Below, piece after piece: positions 28,712-38,242 of a DNA stretch of 64,000 nucleotides. Source of the stretch: Bacilli bacterium (GTDB lineage Bacteria; Bacillota_I; Bacilli_A; RF39; UBA660); assembly GCA_017934595.1 (NCBI GenBank), contig JAGBJG010000008.1:65687-129686 (forward strand), in the 5' to 3' direction. Both the position numbers and the translations under genes were made by a program. The notes under the pieces were generated by a model. That model was not told where the DNA came from, searched no databases, and saw nothing but the letters and a program-made list of their open reading frames with translations. Position 1 is the stretch's first letter, and every line of letters begins with the position of its first letter.

Positions 28712-29503
28712 ATGAAAAAAGAATTAAAAAGGATATACAAATTAATTTTTCAACCATATATGCGTATTTTACCAGGTAATATAGCTTTTTCACTTATGAT
28801 GGCATTAATACCCATATTATCTTTAATATTTTTAGCGCTAAACATATTTAATTTTTCTTATCCAAGGTTCTCAGATAAGTTAGCCAATTTTATACCTAGT
28901 GCAGTTATAGATATAATAATGGAATTTTTAAGTAGTAATAGATTTAACAGTGCTATTTTGTTAATCATTGGTATATGGGCTGCATCTTCTGGTATGAACG
29001 CGCTTATTATAGCTTCTAATGTTGTTTATAATCACGAGGTAAATACTTGGTTTAAAAGGAGAGCTAAAGCTTTAATTTTAACATTTTTAGTAATATTAAT
29101 GATTGTAATTAATTTGGGTGTATTAGTATTTGGTAGTACTGTATTAGGATTCATTATTCGTCTATTTAGTTTGAGTGGTAAATTATTAATTATATTTGAT
29201 TATGCAAAATGGCCAATCGCGATATTGTTAATTTATACTATTGTTAAAACAATATATATAGTAGCTCCTGATGCTAAAGTAGAAAATAGTACTGTAGTTA
29301 AAGGAAGCATATTTACAACATCAATTTGGATGATATCATCAGCGGTATATTCATTTTATGTTACTAATATAGCTAATTATGGTATTAAATATGGTAGTTT
29401 ATCTAACATAATCATATTGTTAGTTTGGTTATACATATTATCATATGTATTAGTATTAGGTATGGCAATTAATGTAAATGAGTATAATAAAGAATCTAAA
29501 TAG
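28712..29503 (+). CDS. YihY/BrkB family membrane protein
   Basis: Six TM helices and the typical N-terminal IAFSLMMALIPILS pattern; the start is uncertain (a TTG at 28697 is also possible). Confidence 0.6.
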   Translation: MKKELKRIYKLIFQPYMRILPGNIAFSLMMALIPILSLIFLALNIFNFSYPRFSDKLANFIPSAVIDIIMEFLSSNRFNSAILLIIGIWAASSGMNALIIASNVVYNHEVNTWFKRRAKALILTFLVILMIVINLGVLVFGSTVLGFIIRLFSLSGKLLIIFDYAKWPIAILLIYTIVKTIYIVAPDAKVENSTVVKGSIFTTSIWMISSAVYSFYVTNIANYGIKYGSLSNIIILLVWLYILSYVLVLGMAINVNEYNKESK

Positions 29504-29550
29504 ATTGTAATTAAAAAATTATTTTGATATAATTTTATAGAGGTAATAAT

Positions 29551-30174
29551 ATGAAAGATAAAAAGAGATTAATAATATTAATAATAGTTATTGTTTTAAC
29601 TTTAATCGTATGTGGGATAATTGTCTTTGATTATATAAAAGATGATAATAAAAAACCAAATACAGCTGAGGTACAAATTACAAATAATATCAAAGATTAT
29701 GGTTATGTACTTCGTGATACTGATACAGAATACTATAAAGAATTATTTGATAAACTTAAAGTAGCTTTAGACAAAGATGAAGTTGATGAAGAATTATACG
29801 CGACATTATTAAGCCAATTATTTGTTACTGATTTTTATACATTAAGTAATAAATTAAGTAATAGTGATATTGGTGGTTTAGATTTTGTTCTTTCGACTGT
29901 TAAAGATAATTTTGCAGCTAAAGCAAAAGATACTATGTATAAGAGTGTTAAAACAAATTTATATGGTGATAGAGAACAAGAACTTCCTACAGTAACCAAA
30001 GTATCAGTTGATAATATAATTACTAATAATTATTCATATGGTGATAATAAAGATACCAAAGCTTATTCAGTTAAATGTTCCGTTACTTATGATAAAGAAT
30101 TAGGTTATCCAACTACTGTAAAATTAACATTAGTTCATACTGATAATAAGTTAGAGGTAGCAAAAGTAAATTAA
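29551..30174 (+). CDS. hypothetical membrane-anchored or lipoprotein-like protein
   Basis: N-terminal TM (with a cysteine at residue 21 that could be a lipobox); RBS AGAGGT. Confidence 0.45.
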   Translation: MKDKKRLIILIIVIVLTLIVCGIIVFDYIKDDNKKPNTAEVQITNNIKDYGYVLRDTDTEYYKELFDKLKVALDKDEVDEELYATLLSQLFVTDFYTLSNKLSNSDIGGLDFVLSTVKDNFAAKAKDTMYKSVKTNLYGDREQELPTVTKVSVDNIITNNYSYGDNKDTKAYSVKCSVTYDKELGYPTTVKLTLVHTDNKLEVAKVN

Positions 30175-30245
30175 AATAAGAGACTTAATCAATTGATTAG
30201 GTCTTTTTTGTTATTAATAGAATATAATTAATTGGGTGAAGTTAG

Positions 30246-31442
30246 ATGAAAGTTTTAAAAAAATATAGATCATTAATAATATTATTATGTTCTATAATAT
30301 TGGGAAGTATCTTAGGATTAATTTTTGGTTCTAAAGTTACTTTCTTAAAACCATTAGGTGACATATTTTTAAACTTAATGTTTACACTAGTAATACCACT
30401 TATATTTTTTACAGTAGTCAGTGCGGTATCATCAATGCCTAATTTTAAAAGATTAGGTAAGATATTAAAAAATGTTTTATTAATATTTATGATTACAAGT
30501 TTATTAGCTGCTTTAGTAATGTTTATTACTTTAAAAATAGTAAATCCAATTAGTGGTTCCATTCCTTTAGAAGATGGAGTAGTAGAAACATTATCAGTAG
30601 GAGATCAAATTGTAAAAGCAGTAACAGTATCTGATTTTAGTGGCTTACTTTCAAGAAGTAATATTCTACCTCTTATAATATTTTCATTATTATTTGGTAT
30701 ATCGTTATCTTTAGTTGGAGATAAAGCATCAGGAGTTAAAAAGACAATTGATGTACTTGCTAAGACAATGATGAAGATGGTTAAAGTAGTTATGTATTAT
30801 GCTCCTATAGGTTTATGTGCATATTTTGCTTCTTTGGTAGGAGAGTATGGACCTAGTATTATTGGTAGTTATGCTAAAAGTATTATAATTTATTATATAG
30901 CTGCTATAATGTATTTCTTAGTATTTTATACTATTTATAGTTATATTGCAGGTGGTAGTAGTGGTGTTAAAAGATTTTGGAAAAGTATTATTCCATCAGT
31001 TGTAACATCACTTGCTACACAATCTTCTTTAGCTACACTTCCAGTTAATATGGATATATGTGATGAAATGGATATCCCAAAAGATATTTCTAAAGTTACA
31101 TTATCATTAGGTTCTACTATGCATATGGAAGGTTCTAGTATGGGTGCTATTCTAAAAATAATGTTTTTATTCGCATTATTAGGTAGACCATTTACAGGTA
31201 TAGGTAATATTTTAATCGCATTTTTAATTGCCATATTATCAGCTGTTGTAATGGCAGGTGTGCCAGGTGGAGGATTAATAGGGGAAACATTAATAGTAAG
31301 TTTATATGGACTTCCTACATCAGCTTTTGCTGTTATCGCAACTATTGGAATATTAATAGATCCACCAGCCACTTTATTAAATGCTACTGGTGATATAGCT
31401 ACATCTATGTTAGTTACAAAATATGTTGATAAAAAGGTTTAA
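30246..31442 (+). CDS. dicarboxylate/amino acid:cation symporter (DAACS/GltP family)
   Basis: 8 TM plus hairpin-loop architecture; conserved motifs of the sodium:dicarboxylate symporter family. Confidence 0.8.
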   Translation: MKVLKKYRSLIILLCSIILGSILGLIFGSKVTFLKPLGDIFLNLMFTLVIPLIFFTVVSAVSSMPNFKRLGKILKNVLLIFMITSLLAALVMFITLKIVNPISGSIPLEDGVVETLSVGDQIVKAVTVSDFSGLLSRSNILPLIIFSLLFGISLSLVGDKASGVKKTIDVLAKTMMKMVKVVMYYAPIGLCAYFASLVGEYGPSIIGSYAKSIIIYYIAAIMYFLVFYTIYSYIAGGSSGVKRFWKSIIPSVVTSLATQSSLATLPVNMDICDEMDIPKDISKVTLSLGSTMHMEGSSMGAILKIMFLFALLGRPFTGIGNILIAFLIAILSAVVMAGVPGGGLIGETLIVSLYGLPTSAFAVIATIGILIDPPATLLNATGDIATSMLVTKYVDKKV

Positions 31443-31488
31443 AAACCTTTTTATTTTTGCTATAATGTTTAAGGTAGGAGTAGGTTAT

Positions 31489-32010
31489 ATGAAAATATTT
31501 TTAGCACGACATGGTGAGGTTAAACATAATGTCCTTAAATCATTTAATAGTTCAGATGAGGATTTAACAGAAAACGGTATTGAACAATCTTTGAAATTAA
31601 AAGACGATATTAAAGATTTTAACATCGATTTAATTATATCGTCACCACTAAAAAGAACTATGCATACAGCTAATATAATTAATAAAGAATTAAATATTAT
31701 AACTGATAATAGATTAAGAGAAAGAGAATGTGGTAATTTATCGGGTCTTACTTTTAATAAAGAAGATAAAAAAGAGTATTGGAATTATTACACTTCAAAA
31801 AGATATGGTACAGAAGAAGATATTAAAGAATTTTTTGATAGAATATTTAAATTCTTAGATGAACTTAAGGAAAAGAATTATTCATCTGTACTTATTGTAA
31901 CTCATAGTGGTGTTACCAGAGCTTTTAATGCATACTTTAATGGTATAGGTGATGGTGATTTCTCATCTAAAGGATTAAAAAACTGTGAATTTATAGAATA
32001 TGAGTTTTAA
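31489..32010 (+). CDS. histidine phosphatase family protein (phosphoglycerate mutase-like)
   Basis: LARHGEV catalytic RHG motif; RBS GGAGTAGG. Confidence 0.75.
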   Translation: MKIFLARHGEVKHNVLKSFNSSDEDLTENGIEQSLKLKDDIKDFNIDLIISSPLKRTMHTANIINKELNIITDNRLRERECGNLSGLTFNKEDKKEYWNYYTSKRYGTEEDIKEFFDRIFKFLDELKEKNYSSVLIVTHSGVTRAFNAYFNGIGDGDFSSKGLKNCEFIEYEF

Positions 32011-32055
32011 TAGTTTATAATTTAAAAATATGTATAAACTATAAATGGTGATCTT

Positions 32056-32553
32056 ATGAAAAAAATATTTGTCATAACTTTAATCATTTTATGTTTATAT
32101 GGAATATATAAAGTTAATAATAAAAAAACTATACAAGTAAGTAATGTATCTAATTTTAAAATTGATGATTATAATGTATTTTATCTTGATTTAAGTGAAA
32201 CTAATATTACTACTAAAAATATAGATAAATACATTTCTAAAAATATGGATATAATCAGTATTACACCATATATTAATCCTATATATAAAGATAAAGTAGG
32301 CAATATAAAATATAATTTTATGAGTAATTTATCAATTAAGAAAAATATTAATAAATTTGAAAATTATTATAAAGATACAATTAAGGAATATGAATATATA
32401 GATGATATTGACTATAGTATTAAAGATGGTATAAAAATATTAGAATTAGAAGTATACGCGAAAGGTATAGATATCGTTAACTTAATATATGATAATAATA
32501 GTATTAGATATAAAATAGTATTCAATGGAGAATACAATTATTTAGGTATATAA
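32056..32553 (+). CDS. hypothetical secreted protein
   Basis: Signal-peptide-like N-terminus; RBS GGTGA. Confidence 0.45.
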   Translation: MKKIFVITLIILCLYGIYKVNNKKTIQVSNVSNFKIDDYNVFYLDLSETNITTKNIDKYISKNMDIISITPYINPIYKDKVGNIKYNFMSNLSIKKNINKFENYYKDTIKEYEYIDDIDYSIKDGIKILELEVYAKGIDIVNLIYDNNSIRYKIVFNGEYNYLGI

Positions 32554-32635
32554 AAATACCTTTTTTATTTTTTCGACAAAATATGACATAATTCGACAAA
32601 ATAATTTGCTAGTATTTAATTAGATAGGAGGAATT

Positions 32636-33460
32636 ATGAATAATGTCGAAAGATATAGTAGTAAGATTTTTGAAGATATTAAACATGTAGATGATGATGG
32701 AAATGAATATTGGTATGCAAGAGAATTGCAAAAAATATTGGAGTATAGTCAGTGGAGAAGATTTGAAAGTACAATTATTAAAGCAAGAGAGAGTTGTATT
32801 GCGGGCAAATATAATATTTCTGACCATTTTGCCAATGTCGGCAAAATGGTTAAAATAGGTTCGAATACTGATAGGCGACTTGTAGATTACAAATTATCTA
32901 GATATGCATGTTACCTTATAGTAATGAATGGTGATCCGAGAAAAGAGGTGATTGCTTTAGGCCAAACTTATTTTGCTGTTCAAACAAGAAAACAAGAATT
33001 GTTGGAAGAAAAATATAGTGGTCTTAATGAAAATGAAAAAAGAATCCTTTTGAGACGCCAAACGAAAAGTGGCAATATTAATTTAAATAGAACAGCTGTA
33101 AAAGCTGGTGTAAAAAATCTAGATAGATTTCATAATGCAGGATATAAGGGATTATATAATGGTGAAACAGCTGATGATATAGCTAAAAGAAAGAAACTTA
33201 GATATAGAGAGGATATATTAGATAATATGGGTAGCAAGGAGTTGGCAGCAAATTTACTTAGAATTACTCAAACCGATGAGACAATAGAAAATAATAAAAT
33301 AGTAGGCGAAAAAAATGCTTGTGATACTCATAATAAAGTTGGACGTATTATTAGAAAAGCTATTAAAACAGCGGATGGAATTATGCCGGAAAATTTAGAT
33401 TGCCCTAATAAAAGTATTAAAGAATTAGAAAAAGATACAAAAAGAAAGATTAATAGTTAA
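32636..33460 (+). CDS. dinD: DNA damage-inducible protein D homolog (DinD)
   Basis: Strong similarity, as I recall it, to E. coli DinD: FEDIKH...EYWYARELQKILEYSQWRRF...SDHF...LSRYACYLIVMNGDP...GQTYFAVQTRKQEL. Confidence 0.7.
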   Translation: MNNVERYSSKIFEDIKHVDDDGNEYWYARELQKILEYSQWRRFESTIIKARESCIAGKYNISDHFANVGKMVKIGSNTDRRLVDYKLSRYACYLIVMNGDPRKEVIALGQTYFAVQTRKQELLEEKYSGLNENEKRILLRRQTKSGNINLNRTAVKAGVKNLDRFHNAGYKGLYNGETADDIAKRKKLRYREDILDNMGSKELAANLLRITQTDETIENNKIVGEKNACDTHNKVGRIIRKAIKTADGIMPENLDCPNKSIKELEKDTKRKINS

Positions 33461-33539
33461 ATTGACATATATTTTAACAAAATTATGTCGTTTTCTTTTT
33501 TTTTATATGAGAAAATGGTATAATTAAATAGGTGAGCAT

Positions 33540-34262
33540 ATGAAAATAAATGATGTTGATATAAATTATGTAAGATATGGAAATAATAAAAAAGATACCA
33601 TAGTTTTATTACATGGTTGGGGTCAAAATATTGATATGATGAGACCACTAGGTAATTATTTAGAAGATGACTATAGTATCCTTATAATTGATTTACCTGG
33701 ATTTGGAGAAAGCACTGAGCCAACATATGCATGGAGTTTAGATGATTATGTTGAATCAGTAAGAAAAATAATAGAAAAAGAAAATGTTAAAAATCCTATA
33801 GTAATGGGACATAGCTTTGGTGGTAAATTAGCTATATTATATGCATCAAAATATGATACTAAAAAATTAGTTTTATTTGCTCCTCCAATAAATCATAATC
33901 ATAAAGTAAGTATGAAAAGTAAAGTACTTAAAAGTATTAAAAAATTACCTATGATGGATAAAATAGGTGAGAAAATGAAAAAACATATGGGTTCAACTGA
34001 TTATAGAAATGCTTCTCCTATAATGAGAGAAATATTAGTTAATCATGTTAATACTGATATATATGATAAGTTAGATGATATAAAAGCTTCTACACTAATT
34101 ATATGGGGTGAGCAAGATATGGCGGTTAATCCAAGTGTAGCTTATGAAATAGAATCTAAAATAAAAGATTCAGGTGTTGTAATGTTACCCGGTACACATT
34201 ATGCATATTTAGAAAATTTAAATAGAGTAGTTTCTATAATAGAAAGTTTCTTGGAGGGATAG
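33540..34262 (+). CDS. alpha/beta hydrolase
   Basis: HGWGQN oxyanion region; GHSFGG nucleophile elbow. Confidence 0.75.
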   Translation: MKINDVDINYVRYGNNKKDTIVLLHGWGQNIDMMRPLGNYLEDDYSILIIDLPGFGESTEPTYAWSLDDYVESVRKIIEKENVKNPIVMGHSFGGKLAILYASKYDTKKLVLFAPPINHNHKVSMKSKVLKSIKKLPMMDKIGEKMKKHMGSTDYRNASPIMREILVNHVNTDIYDKLDDIKASTLIIWGEQDMAVNPSVAYEIESKIKDSGVVMLPGTHYAYLENLNRVVSIIESFLEG

Positions 34263-34263
34263 T

Positions 34264-35856
34264 ATGAAAAGTTTTATTGTTACATTGATACCTATATTTT
34301 TGTTTTTAGCATTTAAAGTTCATAAAGCTTTTCATATGTTACAACAAAATTGGTACAATGAAGGAAATAGATATAATATATGGATTAAAAGAAATATTAA
34401 AAAAGTATTCTTTAATTATGACTTAGTATTAATACCATTATTTATATTAAGTTTATTTATAGATATGGGTATAATGGTATATGTATATTTAATTACATAT
34501 TTAGTAGTTTTATATTTATATCGTAGAGATTTAAAACGTGAACAATTAAAGAAACCATTAGTATTTACAGCTAGAATCAAAAGATTATCTGTTACAGTAT
34601 TATTAATATATGCATTAGTTATGTATTTTATCTTTAGAGAGTATGATAATTATTATGCCAATATATACTATTTGGTAATAGGTATAGCAGTATATTTAAG
34701 TTTCTATATTGTATTACTTGCTAATTATATTAATCAACCAGTTGAACATTTAGTATATCTACATTTCAAAAGACAAGCACTTAAAAAACTTGAAGGTATG
34801 AATAGTATGGAAGTAATAGGTATTACTGGTAGTTATGGTAAAACAAGTAGTAAAAATATTGTATCAGAAATACTTAATGTTAGATATAATGCATTTCCTA
34901 CACCTAAAAACTTTAATACAGCGTATGGACTTATCAATACAGTAAATAATTACTTAGATAAATTTAGTGATTATTTTGTATGTGAAATGGGTGCGTCTAA
35001 AGTTGGACAAATAAAAGATTGTGCAGATATAGTTAAACCTAAATACGGTATTATTACATGTATAGGTGAAGCACATCTAGAAAGTTTTGGTAGTAAGAAA
35101 AATATTGAAAATACTAAATTTGAATTAGTTGAAGCACTAAAGGAAGATGGACTAGCTATCTTAAATGGTGATGATGAAATTCAAATGAAACATAAAATTA
35201 AAAATAAAGTTAAAGTTATGACAATTGGTATTGATAATCCTGATGTTGATGCAAGAGCTTGTAATATCAAATTATCACATAAAGGAACTAGTTTTGATGT
35301 AATATTTAAAGGTGATAAGAAAAAATATCATTTTGAATCAATGTTATTAGGTAAGAATAATGTTTATAATTTATTAACGGGTATATTATTAGGTAAATAC
35401 TTAGGTATAAGTGTTGATAGATTAGAATTAGGTGTTAGAAATGTTAGACCAGTTGAACATAGATTAGAGTTAAAAAAACATGGTAACTTATCTATTATAG
35501 ATGATGCTTACAATAGTAATCCGGCTGGATCTAAAATGGCAGTTGAAGTACTTGGTATGATGCCTGGTAAAACAATAATAGTAACACCTGGTATGATTGA
35601 ATTAGGTGAATTACAATACAAGGCTAATTTTGATTTTGGTACTTATATAGCTGATAATAAAATTGATGAAGTTATATTAGTAGGAGCTAAACAAACTAAA
35701 CCAATATTAGATGGTCTTAAAAAGAAGAAATTTAAAGAAGAAAATATTCATGTATTAAATGATGTAAGGGATGCTTTCCCATTAATTAATAAATTACAAG
35801 GTAAAGAGACATACGTATTATTAGAAAATGATTTACCTGATATTTTCAACGAGTAG
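34264..35856 (+). CDS. murF: UDP-MurNAc-tripeptide--D-Ala-D-Ala ligase MurF, with an unusual ~170-aa hydrophobic N-terminal extension
   Basis: P-loop GITGSYGKTS and Mur ligase central and C-terminal motifs; the first ~170 aa contain about 4 predicted TM helices. Confidence 0.8.
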   Translation: MKSFIVTLIPIFLFLAFKVHKAFHMLQQNWYNEGNRYNIWIKRNIKKVFFNYDLVLIPLFILSLFIDMGIMVYVYLITYLVVLYLYRRDLKREQLKKPLVFTARIKRLSVTVLLIYALVMYFIFREYDNYYANIYYLVIGIAVYLSFYIVLLANYINQPVEHLVYLHFKRQALKKLEGMNSMEVIGITGSYGKTSSKNIVSEILNVRYNAFPTPKNFNTAYGLINTVNNYLDKFSDYFVCEMGASKVGQIKDCADIVKPKYGIITCIGEAHLESFGSKKNIENTKFELVEALKEDGLAILNGDDEIQMKHKIKNKVKVMTIGIDNPDVDARACNIKLSHKGTSFDVIFKGDKKKYHFESMLLGKNNVYNLLTGILLGKYLGISVDRLELGVRNVRPVEHRLELKKHGNLSIIDDAYNSNPAGSKMAVEVLGMMPGKTIIVTPGMIELGELQYKANFDFGTYIADNKIDEVILVGAKQTKPILDGLKKKKFKEENIHVLNDVRDAFPLINKLQGKETYVLLENDLPDIFNE

Positions 35857-35866
35857 GAGGATTTTT

Positions 35867-37078
35867 ATGAGAATTAAATTAGGAGTTATTTTTGGTGGAG
35901 AAACTGTAGAACATGAAGTAAGTATTATTTCTGCAGTTCAAGCTATGGAAAATATAAATGAAGAGAAATATGAAGTAATACCAATTTATATTGATAAAAA
36001 TAGAGTATGGTATACAGGAAATATGTTAAGAGATATGTCTATATATAGAGATATGGACTTACTTAAAAGATATGCGAAAGAAGTAGTACTATATAAAAAG
36101 AATGGTGAATTCGTATTACAAAACGTTAATGGTATGTTTAAAAAAGTAGTTAATACATTAGATGTAGTACTCCCAATTGTACATGGTCAAAATGTAGAAG
36201 ATGGTTCATTGGCAGGATATTTAGATACTTTAGGTATTCCTTATGCAGGACCTAGTATAATGGGTGCAGCTATTGGACAAGATAAAGTAACTATGAAAGA
36301 AGTATTTAAAGCTAACAATTTACCAATAGTTCCATATTTATGGTTCTATGATGTAGAATATAATAGTAATAAAGAAAGTATCTTAAAAGATATTAAAAAA
36401 TTAGGATACCCAGTTATTGTTAAACCTGCTAGATTAGGTAGTAGTGTAGGTATTAAAGTAGCTAAGACACAAGAAGAAGTAGAAGAATCTATTAATGACG
36501 CAATTGCATATGATGAAAAAATCATTGTTGAAAAAGTTATTGATAATTTAGTTGAAGTAAACTGTAGTGTTTTAGGTAACTATGAATATACTGAAGCATC
36601 AGTATTAGAAGAAGTTACAAGTAAGAGTGATTTATTAACTTATCAAGAAAAATATATGGGTGGCGGAAAAGGCAAACTTAAAGGTGGATTTAAAAATGCA
36701 TCTAAAATGTCATCTAAAGGTATGGCTTCTGCTAAAAGAAAAATTCCTGCTACAATAGGAGATAAGTTAACTAAAGAAGTACAAGATTTATCTAAAGAAG
36801 TATTTAGAGTATTAAACTTAAGTGGTGTATGTAGAATTGATTTCTTAATAGATGGAAAAAATAAGAAAGCATATATCAATGAACCAAATACTATACCTGG
36901 ATCATTATCATTCTATTTATGGGATGCATCTGGTAAGAATTATACTGAATTATTAGATGAAATTATTACGCTAGCTATTAGAAATTATAAAAATAGAGAT
37001 AAGAAAACACATAGTTTTGATACAAATATTTTAAGTAACTATGGTGGTGTAAAGGGCATGAAGGGCAAATTAAAATAA
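35867..37078 (+). CDS. ddl: D-alanine--D-alanine ligase
   Basis: MRIKLGVIFGGETVEHEVSIISA N-terminus and ATP-grasp motifs; it contains a ~30-aa Gly/Lys/Ser-rich insertion near residue 270. Confidence 0.85.
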   Translation: MRIKLGVIFGGETVEHEVSIISAVQAMENINEEKYEVIPIYIDKNRVWYTGNMLRDMSIYRDMDLLKRYAKEVVLYKKNGEFVLQNVNGMFKKVVNTLDVVLPIVHGQNVEDGSLAGYLDTLGIPYAGPSIMGAAIGQDKVTMKEVFKANNLPIVPYLWFYDVEYNSNKESILKDIKKLGYPVIVKPARLGSSVGIKVAKTQEEVEESINDAIAYDEKIIVEKVIDNLVEVNCSVLGNYEYTEASVLEEVTSKSDLLTYQEKYMGGGKGKLKGGFKNASKMSSKGMASAKRKIPATIGDKLTKEVQDLSKEVFRVLNLSGVCRIDFLIDGKNKKAYINEPNTIPGSLSFYLWDASGKNYTELLDEIITLAIRNYKNRDKKTHSFDTNILSNYGGVKGMKGKLK

Positions 37079-37126
37079 GACTATATTTTAGTCTTTTTTT
37101 AATGTATAATAATATTAGGTGATAAT

Positions 37127-37489
37127 ATGAAAAAAGGATTTACTTTGGTTGAATTATTAGCTGTAATAGCTGTACTAGCTTTAATAGCTGCTATATCATA
37201 TCCTATTGTTACAGGCCTATTAGGTGATATGAAAGAAAATGCATCTGAATCACAAAAAAGAGAAATTATTGATGCAGCTAAATATTGGGTACAAAATAAT
37301 AGTGCGTTATTATCAGATACAGTAGGTGCAGAATATACATTAACTGTTCAAAGACTTAAAGATGAAGAATATCTTAGTAATGAAAAATTAAGAGATATAG
37401 AAACTAGCGCAGTATTAAAAAAAGCTTGTGTAAAAATAACTACACAAGATCATAAATACACATATGAATATGTTAAAAATTGCCAATAA
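37127..37489 (+). CDS. prepilin-type (type IV pilin/ComGC-like) pseudopilin
   Basis: MKKGFTLVELLAVIAVLALIA class III signal (G at -1, E at +5). Confidence 0.7.
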   Translation: MKKGFTLVELLAVIAVLALIAAISYPIVTGLLGDMKENASESQKREIIDAAKYWVQNNSALLSDTVGAEYTLTVQRLKDEEYLSNEKLRDIETSAVLKKACVKITTQDHKYTYEYVKNCQ

Positions 37490-37500
37490 AAAAATACTAA

Positions 37501-37629
37501 TTATTTAGCATTTTTTTTGTTCTTTTTTCTATTTGCATAAGTTTTGTTAACTAATTTTACTTTTTTACCAATCTTAGTTATAAATTTTTTCTTAGTACCT
37601 TCAGGTAAGTTTGCTTTAATTACTTTCAT
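37501..37629 (-). CDS. small basic 42-aa protein MKVIKANLPEGTKKKFITKIGKKVKLVNKTYANRKKNKKNAK
   Basis: Very strong RBS GGAGGTG 7 nt before the ATG on the minus strand; Lys-rich; below the ORF-track length cut-off. Confidence 0.35.
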   Translation of the reverse strand: MKVIKANLPEGTKKKFITKIGKKVKLVNKTYANRKKNKKNAK

Positions 37630-37752
37630 ATAGCACCTCCATACACATATAAAATTATATCATAAATATTTTAATTTACATACAATTATTTGTTAAATTT
37701 GCAAAAAAGTATTCCAAAAACTATAAAATATGTTATAATATTATTGTTCTTT

Positions 37753-37828
37753 TGGATTGTTAGCTCAGTTGGTAGAGCAACTGACTCTTAATCAGTGGGT
37801 CTAGGGTTCGAGTCCCTAACAGTCCACC
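37753..37828 (+). tRNA. tRNA-Lys (anticodon CTT)
   Basis: Acceptor GGATTGT/ACAGTCC, anticodon loop CTCTTAA, T-loop TTCGAGT, CCA end. Confidence 0.8.
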
Positions 37829-37921
37829 ATTTATGTTTATTACTGATTTTTTGTTTATTTTGTGTAAAAAGGTATTGCCAAAACGCATAAAATAATATAT
37901 AATTAAAAAGTCAGTTGAATT

Positions 37922-37998
<77 letters not shown>

Positions 37999-38002
37999 AA
38001 TT

Positions 38003-38079
38003 GCCTTAATAGCTCAGTTGGTTAGAGCACTTGACTGTTAATCAAGGGGTCGTAGGTTCGAGTCCTACTTGGGGCGCCA
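38003..38079 (+). tRNA. tRNA-Asn (anticodon GTT)
   Basis: Acceptor GCCTTAA/TTGGGGC, anticodon loop CTGTTAA, CCA end. Confidence 0.85.
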
Positions 38080-38083
38080 TTCT

Positions 38084-38160
38084 GGCCAGTTGGTGAAGTG
38101 GCTTAACACACTGCCCTTTCACGGCAGCATTCATGGGTCCGAATCCCGTACTGGTCACCA
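38084..38160 (+). tRNA. tRNA-Glu (anticodon TTC)
   Basis: Acceptor GGCCAGT/ACTGGTC, anticodon loop CTTTCAC, T-loop TCCGAAT; terminator hairpin follows at 38172-38200. Confidence 0.85.
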
Positions 38161-38242
38161 TTTTGAAATTAACCTAGATTTATATCTGGGTTTTATTTTG
38201 TCTATTTTTATGATAAAATATTATAAGAATAGGAGACTGAAC

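Noticed and set aside
38069-38242. N-terminal extension of the ORF-track entry 38069..39583
   Set aside because: The extension overlaps tRNA-Glu and its terminator. The real start is ATG 38243, with RBS AGGAG and a canonical prepilin signal immediately after.
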